A DNA stretch of 64,000 nt from Octopus sinensis. Its lineage: Eukaryota. Below the pieces are notes generated by a model, which saw nothing but the letters and a program-made list of their open reading frames with translations, was not told the DNA's origin and ran no database searches. This document shows, piece by piece, positions 13,751 through 25,600 of this stretch. The DNA lies in the NCBI RefSeq assembly GCF_006345805.1, contig NC_043023.1, forward strand, positions 13,454,001 through 13,518,000, written 5' to 3'. Position numbers and translations under genes: made by a program. Numbering within the stretch: the first letter of the stretch is position 1; every line of letters begins with the position of its first letter.

Positions 13751-13851
13751 GACTGGAGCCTGGTGCAGCCTTTGGCTTCCCAGAACCCCGTCGAACCGTC
13801 CAACCATGCTAGCATGGAGAACGGACGTTAAACGACGATATGATGATGATG

Positions 13852-13884
<33 letters not shown>

Positions 13885-14176
13885 GTATATAATATATATA
13901 TGTATATATATAATATGTATATTATATATATGTATATATATATATATATGTGTATATATATATATATGTATATATATTGTATATATATATATATGTATAA
14001 TATATATATATGTTATATAATATGTATATATATATATATGTATATATATATATGTATATTATATATATATGTACATATATATTTATATATGTACATAGAT
14101 ATTTATATATGTACATATATATTATATATATATATATATATATATTTGTATTTATATATATTATATAGTACATATA

Positions 14177-14235
<59 letters not shown>

Positions 14236-14649
14236 GCGCACACTTATACACACATTGTATATATGTTACGTATGTATGCATTTTCTTTCAGTTGTCGCCG
14301 GAATGCTCGTGGAAAGCGAGCGACTTTAATTATTTCTTGAGCTTTGTACAAATAAATAATTTACCAAAGACTGTGTTGTGTTAATGGCTATTGTGCTGTA
14401 CTCCCTGATTTATGAAGCTAAGGGTTTGTGTGTGCAGGAATTTATGTGTATACATGTGTGTCTGCGTGTGTGCAAGTGTGCGTTTTTCGATAACCATCGG
14501 AACATGAACCACTCCTCACGAACGCAGGTTCATGAGACGGTTGTGATCTGTAAACAGATTTGAGTAGGAACTGGTAAGAGAAGCATGAATGTGCATGTAC
14601 ACACTGAATTTATAAAACGGAAGAGAATAAAAACGCCATGGTATATGAT

Positions 14650-15291
14650 CATTATTTACATTATCTACATTTGATGGATATTAATCCTCATCTTGCTTGT
14701 TGTTAACACAGTGTTTCAGTTGATATACCCTCCTGCCTTCATCAGGTGTCTTGGGGAAATTTCAAACCTGGGTTCTCATTCCCAAAGTATTTTTTGATAT
14801 TACTTTTTACTATTTTACTTGTTTCAGTCATTTGACTATGGCCATGCTAGAGCACTGCCTTTAGTCGAGCAAATCGACCCCAGGACTTATTCTTTGTAAG
14901 CCCAGTACTTATTCTATCGGTCGCTTTTGCCGAACCGCTAAGTTACGGTGACGTCAACACACCAGCATTGGTTATCAAGCGACGATGGGGGGACAAACAC
15001 AGACACATACACACATACACATATATATATATAAATATATACGACAGGCTTCTTTCAGTTTCCGTCTACCAAATCCACTCAAGGCTTTGGTCGACCCGAG
15101 GCTATAGTAGAAGACACTTGCCCAAGGTGACACACAGTGGGACTGAACCCGGAACCATGTGGTTGGTAAGCAAGCTACTTACCACACAGCCACTCCTACG
15201 CCTATAATATTAATATTATTATTATTCAGGTTACTGCCTGGAATCGAACTGAGAATCTTGGGGTTAGTAGCCCACGCTCTTAACCACTACC
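14650..15291 (-). mobile_element. tRNA-headed element carrying a decayed minimal hammerhead, split by a younger SINE
   Basis: Minus strand: A/B-box head (gtagtggttaagagc...agttcgattcc, ~15227-15291), then an (AAT)n linker interrupted by the SINE at 14811-15204, then acac CTGATGA aggc..caact GAAAC act gtgt (14706-14749). Confidence 0.55.
14811..15204 (-). mobile_element. tRNA-derived SINE, family S1 (full length)
   Basis: Reverse complement of the ggcgcaggagtggctgtgtggtaag...gactgaaacaagtaaaa element seen more than 10 times in the window (e.g. 24070, 36800-37560, 37920-38282, 41340-41737, 60188). Confidence 0.85.
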
Positions 15292-15409
15292 CCAAGATTC
15301 CAAGTTTGATACCAGGCTGTCTTTAGCAGTCACGGCCCATGTTTCACTGCCGTGAAGTATGGCAGTTTGCACACATGCATCAGACAATCAACCTTTGTCA
15401 CCAGTAGGG

Positions 15410-15785
15410 GTGGTCACAGCTGGGACATTTTGGATCATAGTTCAGACTGGATCAGGACTGACCTGGGGCTAAACAACAACAGTTATAGCCACTAATACTA
15501 ACTACTATAATGAACATTAGATAATGTAGTCCCAGATGTACTATGTCTGAATAAAAGATGGGAAGGTCACAGGTGGACCATCTTTGATCATAGGTCTGCC
15601 TTGATCAGGACTGACCTGGGGCTAAACAACAACAACTACAACGATAGCCACTAATACTAACTACTATACATTAGATACTGTAGTCCTAGATACACTATGC
15701 CTGAATGAAAGACGGGATGGGCACAGATGGAACATCTTTGATCATAGGTCTGTCAGGATCAGGACCAGCCTTAGGCTAAACAGTA
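15410..15785 (-). repeat. Inverted copies of the ~149-bp minisatellite unit
   Basis: Reverse complement of the unit arrayed at 25165-26300. Confidence 0.8.
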
Positions 15786-15937
15786 TCAATATAATGATCC
15801 TTCGATCCGTTCGTTAAACACAGAAGGACGTCTCCTCCATCCAACTCAAAACACGGGGCCACCACGTGGTTGCCCTATGATAGTCATTGTCTCTTTCCTA
15901 TGTCACACTTTTGTGTTTGAAATTAAAAAGACTTAAA

Positions 15938-16257
15938 GACTCCGCCGGTTACGACGACGAGGGTCCCAGCTGATACGATCAACGGAACAGCTTGCTCGTG
16001 AAATTAACGTGCAAATGGCTGAGCATTCCACAGACACGTGTACCCTTAACGTAGTTCTCGGGGATAATCAGCGTGACACAGAGAGTGACAAGGCTGACCC
16101 TTTGAAATACAAGTACAACTCATTTTTGCCAGCTGAGTGGACTGGAGCAACGTGAAATAAAGTGTCTTGCTCAAGGACACAACGCGTCACCGGGAATCGA
16201 AGTCACAACCTTACGATCATGAGCCGAATGCCCTAACCACTAAGCCACGCGCCCTCA
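15938..16257 (-). mobile_element. tRNA-headed SINE with a CORE-like central block and tail X
   Basis: Minus strand: A/B-box head, then gtgtccttgagcaagacactttatttcacgttgctccagtccactcagctg, then a tail shared with 56731-57450. The CORE assignment is from recalled similarity only. Confidence 0.7.
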
Positions 16258-17757
16258 CTGTGTTTGAAATAGGAAACGAGAGATTACAGTCTCCAATAAG
16301 TTCTACCAGTAAATAACAACAACAACTACTACTAGTTCTAATAAGAATGGTTTCAAATTTTGCCACCGACCCCGAAAGGATGAAAAGCAAAGTCAACCTC
16401 GACAGAATTTGAACTCAGGACGTAGCGACACACGAAATACCGCTAAACATTTTGCCCGGCATGTTAACAATTCTGCCAAAATATTCTTTTCTACTCTAGG
16501 CACAAGGCTTGAAATTTTTGGGGAGGAGGCCAGTCAATTAGATCGACTCCAGTGGTAGCTCAATTTATCATCCCCTAAAGGATGAAAGGCAAAGTCGACT
16601 TCAGAACTCAGAACGTAGCGGCAGACGAAATACCTATTTCTTTACTACCCACAAGGGGCTAAACACAGAGGGGACAAACAAGGACAGACAAACGGATTAA
16701 GTCGATTATATCGACTCCAGTGCGTAACTGGTACTTAATTTATCGACCCCGAAAAGATGAAAGGCTAAGTCGACCTCGGTGGAATTTGAAATCAGAACTA
16801 TAGCCTTGGGTCGACCAAACCCTTGTGAATGAATTTGGTAGACGGAAACTGAAGGAAGCCCGTCCTATATATGTATGTGTGTGTTTGTCCCCCCAACATC
16901 GCTTGACAACCGATGCTGGTGTGTTTACGTCCCCGTTACTTAGCGGTTCGGCAAAAGAGACCGATAGAATAAGTACTAGGCTTACAAAGAATAAGTCCTG
17001 GGGTCGAGTTGCTCGACTAAAAGGTGTTGCTCCAGCATGGCCACAGTCAAATGACTGAAACAGGCAAAAGAGTAAAAAAGAATTTACTTAAGGCACAAAG
17101 CCTGAAATTTTTGTGGGGTAGGGAATAGTTGATTACATTGACCCTAGCGTTCCACTGGTACTTAATTTATCGGCCCTGAAAGGATGAAAGGCAAAGTCGA
17201 CCTCGTCAGAATTTGAACTCAGAACGTAGCGGCAGACGAAATACCACGAAGCATTTCGCCCAGTGTGCTAACAATTCTGCCAGCTCGCCTTACGATATAT
17301 TAGTACCGACTAAAGGCAGGGGCACGTTGTTAATGCTGTTAAGAAGGCCCTGCAATAACTAGGACAGGAGGAAGCACGCCATCATCACCACCACCACCAC
17401 TACCACCACCATTATCTCCATCATCATCACCACCACCACCACAGCTACTACCACCACCACAACTACTATCACCACCACCACAACTACCATCACCACCACT
17501 ACCACCACCACCACCACAACTACCATCACCACCGCCACCACAACCACCACCACCACAACTACCACCACCACAACTACCACCACTAACAACTCTTCCGCCG
17601 CCACCACAACTACCGTCACCACCACCACCACCACCACCACCACCGCCGCCACTACCACAATCCCGCCAATACCCATAACAACCAAAAACAATACAAAAAA
17701 AACAATACATAACACATAGAAATAACAAAAATAACAAAAAAAAAACCAACTTTTCGC

Positions 17758-17771
17758 CGACGTCACTTCCG
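17758..17771. promoter_or_regulatory. Overlapping ETS/CRE motif in the likely PRPSAP promoter
   Basis: CGACGTCACTTCCG (minus strand CGGAAGTGACGTCG), in a locally CpG-richer patch ~260 bp upstream of the first in-frame ATG. Confidence 0.55.
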
Positions 17772-18033
17772 TTCTCCTCCGACCAGGGCCGACAGGAGTT
17801 ACCTCCTCTTGCTTCTTCTTCTCTCTCAGACGTCAGAGGCCTTTCTTGCCCTTTTCGCTTTCACATCATCATCATGTCCCTCTACTAAATCGACACCAGG
17901 CTGTACACACAGAGAGAGAGATCAAGCGGGCTTCCAGACACGACCATCGCTGCAGAGATTACCCTGTTGTGTAGGGCAGAAGACAGAGGACTTTAAAAAA
18001 ACCCGCACCCGTTTGTATTAGTTTGTTGGTGTG

Positions 18034-18152
18034 ATGGCATGCCAAGAGGTTGTGGTGTCGCGGCCCTCCAACCTGGGCTCTCTCGGCCAAAAGGGACCCA
18101 TGATGATTCTGGCGGGCAATTCGCATCCCGGCCTGGCCCAGCTCATAGCAGA
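18034..18152 (+). CDS. PRPSAP2: PRPSAP coding exon 1
   Basis: MACQ...[19 protein letters not shown], followed by donor gtgagt at 18153. The start codon is either 18034 or 18100. Confidence 0.8.
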
Positions 18153-18175
18153 GTGAGTAGAGAAACACATTTATG

Positions 18176-18223
<48 letters not shown>

Positions 18224-18252
18224 ATATATATATATATATATATTTATATATA

Positions 18253-18293
<41 letters not shown>

Positions 18294-18611
18294 TATATAT
18301 ATATACACCTGTGTTCACGTTTGTGTATGTATATATATATATGTGAGTGTGTGTGTGTACATATATATATGTGTATATATATACACCTGTGTTCACATTT
18401 GTGTGTGTATATATATTATATATATGTATATGTATACCCCTGTGTTCACATTTGTGTGTGTGTATATATATATATATATATTATGTATATGTATACACCT
18501 GTGTTCACATTTGTGTGTGTATATATATATATGTATATATATACCCCTGTGTTCACATTTGTGTGTGTGTATATATATATATATGTATATATATACACCT
18601 GTGTTCACATT

Positions 18612-18644
<33 letters not shown>

Positions 18645-19346
18645 GTATATGTATACACCTGTGTTCACGTTTGTGTATGTATATATGTGAGTGTGTGTAT
18701 ATATATACACCTGTGTTCACATTTGTGTGTGTATATATATATGTGAGTGTGTGTATATGTATATATATACACCTGTGTTCACATTTGTGTGTGTATATAT
18801 ATATGTGAGTGGGTGTGTGTATATATATATATATGTATATATATACACCTGTGTTCACGTTTGTGTGTGTATATATGTATATGTGAGTGTGTGTGTGTGT
18901 ATATATATGTATATATATATACACCTGTGTTCACATTTGTGTGTGTATATATATATGTGAGTGGGTGTGTGTATATATATATGTATATATATACACCTGT
19001 GTTCAGGTTTGTGTATATATATATATGTGAGTGTGTGTATGTATATATATACACATGTGTTCACATTTGTGTGTGTATATATATATATATGTGAGTGTGT
19101 GTATATATATATATATGTATGTATATATATGAGGGGGGTCGCTGAAAGGTTCCTGGTTTTGGATAAAGGAATTTACAGGACGATCGGTCGGTTAATTATG
19201 ATTTTATCCAACAGTTTCACACCCTTATTGCAGTGGTCCTTCAGTTTTTCTAAGCCCTGTAGAAAGAAATTGGAAGGTTGGCCCTCCAACCAGGCCCTTC
19301 GCTACACATTTAAAGAGCCAGGAACCTTTGAACACCCTCTCATGTA

Positions 19347-19394
<48 letters not shown>

Positions 19395-20707
19395 TATATA
19401 TTAATTATAATATAATTAAGTGCTGTGGTTTTACTGGGATCTCCCTTTTAAGTAGAAAGAATAGCCAAAACCTTTTGACTGCTATTTCTAAATTCGGTGT
19501 GTGGTGAGGCAAATCGTTGCTAAACCCTTAATTACTTAGTATTACTATATATATATATATATGTGTCTGTGTGTGTGTATGTATGTATATATATACGAAG
19601 GTTGTGTAGAAAAGTTTTTGGCTCTGGGTAAACAAAAATACAAGAAGATCAAGTGAATTCCCACCATAATTGCATCGGTCCTTCAGTAAAAGAACTCAAA
19701 AAGTTGGGCCCCAAACCAGGCCATTCGCAAGACCCTTAAAACCAGGGACTTTTCAGCAACCCCCTCGTATATACCAGTGTGTGTGTGTGTGTAGGCGTGT
19801 GTATATGTTTGTGTATTTGCCTATCTATGTTTGTAGGTGTATGTATCATATATGATATATATATGCGCACCCGTGTATATACCTCGATGTATGTATTTAT
19901 CTGTATACGCGCGTGTGTATATGAAACGTGTGTATATGTAGGTGGACACGTGTATATAATATATGTGTGTGTGTGTACTATTATCTATGAGTCTGCGTTT
20001 GTATGCTTGTTTGTATACATATATAATATATATATGCGCACATGTGTATATACATCGATGTATGTATTTATCTGTATACGTGCGTGTGTATATGAAACGT
20101 GTATATGTAGGTGGACACATGCATATATATATGTGTGTGTGTGTACTATTATCTATGAGTCTGCGTTTGTATGCTTGTATGTATATATATATATATGTAT
20201 ATATGCGCTCCAGTGTGTGTGTATGTACCTCGATGTATGTATTTATTTGTATACGTGCGTGTGTATATGAAACGTGTATATATGTGTATATGTAGGTGGA
20301 CACATGTATATATGTGTGTGTGTATGTAACCATTATCTATGAGTGTGTTTGTATACATATATCTGTATCCATATGTGTTTACGCGCGTGTATATATATAT
20401 ATATATAGTATGTTGGTGCAAGCAGGAAATATAGAACGCAAAATCATGAATTTGTGTATATGTTATTATTAATATATATATAGCAGAAGCAACAGTGACT
20501 CAAGATCCGTGAGTTTCGTGCGTTGGCACTTATCAAACACACACACACGTATATATACACAACACACACACACACACACACACATGTATATATATATATA
20601 CACACATATATACTACATGTGTCGACGTACGAATCGTTGGGACCTTGGGTCACTGAGTTGTTTCTACTAAATATTAATAAATACACACACACACACACAG
20701 AGAATAC

Positions 20708-20748
<41 letters not shown>

Positions 20749-20900
20749 CACGTGTGTGTGTGTGTATAGATGTATATGTTTATACACGCTTATGAAGCAG
20801 CGATGAAATTTGCGCGGGTGTTTCACGCTGACCGCGATTTCATAAGCCTGAATAAACGACGCGCAAAAGATCCACCCGCCTAAATGTGTCGGGTGTATGC

Positions 20901-20955
<55 letters not shown>

Positions 20956-21043
20956 CCCACGTCTCTGTCCTTCTGTAGTAACAAAATGTCTTTTTCGTTT
21001 TCGTTCTGTTGATTTTTTTCGTCTTCCTGTGATGTCCTGTACG

Positions 21044-21078
<35 letters not shown>

Positions 21079-21926
21079 GCATGTATATATACATGTAGAT
21101 GTGGGTACGTACATATATGTTTGTATGTATGCATATATTTTATTTATTACACTATATATATAAAGTAGAAGAAATAGCTAAGGTTTTTTGGCTGCTATTT
21201 CTAAACTTCGGTATGTGGTAAAGCAAATCTTTGCTGGACCCTATTTATTAAGCATTACTTAAGTTTACCATGAAATGGCCCTTTTTTCATGCCGAATTCT
21301 ACTTGGTGAAATTACTGATTACTCCTTAATTAATTTATTAATTTTACCCTTGTTATTATTCATATATATATATATATAAAGTAGAAGAAATAGCTAAGGT
21401 TTTTGGGCTGCTATTTCTAAACTTCGGTATGTGGTAAAGCAAATCTTTTGCTGAACCCTATTTATTAAGTATTACTTAAGTTTTACCATGAAATGGTCCT
21501 TTTTTCATGCCGAATTCTACTTGGTGAAATTATTGACTACTCCTTAATTAATTAATTAATTTTACCCTTTGTTATTTTATATATATATATATATATATAA
21601 AGGGATTTGTATGAGTGTATGTTTGAGACACTCCTGTCACAACTTGGGACCTTAAAGACTGCTTTATTGCGAGAAATTATACTAGTCCCTTAATATTTTA
21701 TATTTAATATTTCATCTATTCAATTAGACAATCAATACACTTCATTTCATTATACTATATATATATTATTTATACTATATATTCTATATTCTACATTAAT
21801 ATTATAAAGAATATAAATAAAACGTAAAAAACAGAGTTGGAATTTCTTTGAATAATATATATCCCTCTATACACGATCATACAAACCCCTTTTTATATAT
21901 ATATATCGGATCTTATCTATCTATCT

Positions 21927-21992
<66 letters not shown>

Positions 21993-22641
21993 ACATATTG
22001 TATATCTGCAGAGAGAGACTATATACACGCACACATGTACACATACGTACGTTTGGATGTGTGTGTATATACATATGTACTTGAATCCTTGTATGTAGAT
22101 GCATACAAATGTGTGTATGTTTTTATGCATGTATATATGTATTCGTGTATGTATGTATGTATGTATGCGTTCGTATATGTATATATATATATGTGTATTT
22201 GTGACATTCAATGCTTTTGTGGTCCTATAATGCCATGCCATATTTGTATATATATACACGTGCGTATATATATCTAACTATGGCCTGTTAGTAATCTTAT
22301 AGCTGAAGTACCCACGTGGATGAGCAATATTATTTTATGATTGGCGCGTCGAACAAAAAATTATGTATCTTGTAATAGTTTAGTTATGTTGCTTGACGTT
22401 CCAAGTTCGATTCCAACCGTGGCTAGCTATTTCAACGTCGCCCTTCATCCTGCCCCAACATACACCCTAAAACCCTCCAGGGGTCATTCCTGACCCTTGA
22501 CCTAAAATCTAAACCAGTGGATCTCAGCCGGCATCGATACGGCTGCCAATAATACAATACCTAATAGTATTTAATTATAAAAATATATATTATGATGTTT
22601 TGGCGATCTTTCGTCTCTAGTAGACCTTTCCGTCGATTTCC

Positions 22642-22672
<31 letters not shown>

Positions 22673-25600
22673 ATGGGCTTGCGGGAACTTTTGAAGTAAT
22701 ATACATGTGTGTGTGCCCCAGCATGGCGGTGCCCCAGCATGGCCACAGCTCATAAGCTGAAACTAGAATCAATCAATCAATCAATCAAACGTATACACAT
22801 ACACCGAGTAAAAAATTACACTGAATCGGCCATACATACACACACACACACATACATACATACACACATACATATACACATACACACATACATATACACA
22901 TACACCGAGTAAAAAATTTCAGTTATCTCTTTCTTTCACACATTACTCTCTCTCTTCACACACACTAACAGAAGCACTTCACTTACACAACATACTGTCT
23001 GTCTCCCACACACCCATCAAACACACACACACACACACATGTACATCAATGCTTCCCATGCACGGTAACTTCAAAAGAACTTCCCTCGTCATACAATCGC
23101 TTTCTCATAGTCTCTTTCGCTCTCATTACTTCAAAAGTTCCCGCAAGCCCATATGTAAAAAAAAAAAAAAAATTTTTACGGAAATCGACGGAAAGGTCTA
23201 CTAGAGACGAAAGATTGCCGATGATGTTTTTTTTAAACATCGGATGGCCAGGATGGGTCCAGTGAAGAGAGGATTCAAAGTGGGTACTAACTTAAGAAGT
23301 ATGGTCCCGGTGCGCGCACTCGCGTACTCGGCGCATCCATGCTAGCTAATCGTGACTAGTCGATCCTACAACGACTACCTAATTTTTTTTACACGAAATA
23401 AATAAAACACAAAGAATCGATTAGTCACGACTAGCTAGCACGGATACGCGAGTGCGCGCACCGGGACCACTCTTCTTATGTAGTGCCTCCAAAGTGGTCC
23501 TCAGATAAAAAAAATGGTTAACACTGATCTAAAGTGTCCTTTCTCTTTCTTTCGAAGACTATAAACGGTTCTCTAATTAAGTGATTTGGTTGCTATTTTT
23601 AGCAGCCCCTCGTTAAGTCCTTATACAACCCCTGTTAATCGCTATTACATAACGACAGTCGTGTGGGTGTTATTCGGGCGGCGAGGTGGCACAATGGTTA
23701 AAGCACGATGGATGAAAATGCGGACTTTTTCTGTTTGAACGGCAGTTTTTTCTAGCGGTGTCATATGAAATAGTCACTCATAATTATAACCCTAGTATCG
23801 ATCTATTGCATTTCAATCTGTTTTAGGGTTAGAGGTGGGGGGAAGGGTATCTTTTTTTTCTTCACAAATGTAAATAAACCCAATCTGTTTCTTAAACGAG
23901 GGACATATTCATACGGCACGGAATGCTTTTTACCTCAATAGACGTCAGTGATTGGTTGAAATTGCAGAAATTGAAGGAAAAAAAAAACAATAAATATCTT
24001 ACAAACTATAGAATTTTCTCAAGAAAGCCAAGAGAAAAAGATGTTTTATAAACACATTCTACCAGTATAGGCGCAGGAGTGGCTGTGTGGTAAGTAGCTT
24101 GCTTACCAACCACATGGTTCCGGGTTCAGTCCCACTGCGTGGCATCTTGGGCAAGTGTCTTCTGCTATAGCCCCGGGCCGACCAATGCCTTGTGAGTGGA
24201 TTTGGTAGACGGAAACTGAAAGAAGCCTGTCGTATATATGTATATATATATATATGTGTGTGTGTGTATGTCTGTGTTTGCCCCCCTAGCATTGCTTGAC
24301 AACCGATGCTGGTGTGTTTACGACCCCGTCACTTAGCGGTTCGGCAAAAGGGACCGATAGAATAAGTACTGGGCTTACAAAGAATAAGTCCCGGGGTCGA
24401 GTTGCTCGACTAAAGGCGGTGCTCCAGCATGGCCGCAGTCAAATGACTGAAACAAAACAGTAAACTTAGCGGTTCGGCAAAAGAGACCGATAGAATAAGT
24501 ACTGGGCTTACAAAGAATAAGTCCTGGGGTCGATTTGCTCGACTAAAGGCGGTGCTCCAGCATGGCCACAGCCAAATTACTGAAACAAGTAAAAGAGTAA
24601 ACTTAGCGGTTCGGCAAAAGAGACCGATAGAATAAGTACTGGGCTTACAAAGAATAAGTCCTGGGGTCGATTTGCTCGACTAAAGGCGGTGCTCCAGCAT
24701 GGCCACAGTCAAATTACTGAAACAAGTAAAAGAAAGGAAATAAAGAATACGAAGTTTAAAAGTGTTTAGTTACATGGAAATTAGTTGAAAAAACAAAACT
24801 GCCGTTCAAACCGAAAAGACCCCCGACACTTCACGTCTGTCTTTATATTGTCCCCCTCATGGTAAATAAATGAAATCACTATTATTACTATTATTAAATA
24901 GTAGTAGTAGCAGCAGTTATTTTTCAGCTAATAACTTATCGGGGGTGCGGTGGGGACTAGCGTTGTCTAACGCATCCTTCGCTTATTATGAAAGAATTTT
25001 TTTTCAAGAGGCAGCGATTTTTATAAGAATGTAGGGCAACCACGTGGTGGTGGCTTCGGCTTTTGTGTTGAGATATGAGGCGGATGAGGGAAGGGGAGGA
25101 GAGACGTTCGTCTGTGTTTGTCCAACGAACGGGTCGAAGGATCGTAATGTCCTTCTTATTGTTTAGCTCTGGGTCAGTCCTGATCCTAACTGACCTATAA
25201 TCAAAGACGTTCTAGCTGTGACTATTCCATCTATTATTCAGGCATCGTGTATCTAGGACTACATTATCTAATGTATAGTAGTTAGTATTAGTGGCTATAG
25301 TTGTTGTTGTTTAGCCCCAGGCCAGTCCTGATCCAGTTAGACCTATGATCAAAGATGTTCCAGCCGTGACCATCTCACCTTTTATTCAAGTATAGTGTAT
25401 CTAGGATTACATTATCTAATGTATTGTATAGTAGTTAGTATTAGTGGTTATAGTTGTTGTTTAACCCTAGGTCAGTCTACATCCAGACAGACCTATGATC
25501 AAAGATGTTCCAGCTGTGACCATCCCATCTATTATTCAGGCATCGTGTATCTAGGACTACATTATCTAATGTATAGTAGTTAGTATTAGTGGCTATAGTT

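Noticed and set aside
13546-14340. YI/HT/VC-repeat ORFs here and at 18.3-22.3, 46.4-50.8 and 53.8-54.3 kb
   Set aside because: Translations of (TA)n, (CA)n and (TG)n microsatellites.
17339-17766. Gly-rich and Val-rich ORFs upstream of PRPSAP
   Set aside because: (ACC)n/(ACT)n repeat with no coding context.
18303-19075. CRISPR-like pattern of a constant 21-mer with variable spacers
   Set aside because: The spacers are dinucleotide microsatellite, the locus is a eukaryotic intron, and there are no cas genes.
19923-19934. GAAAC-GTGT-GTA as a hammerhead half
   Set aside because: The loop is not palindromic, no CTGANGA is nearby, and it lies in a TG/TA repeat.
20787-20860. ~70-nt GC-rich hairpin (cttatgaa...ttcataag) as a miRNA or SECIS
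   Set aside because: Single copy with irregular pairing; it cannot be supported without expression or conservation data.
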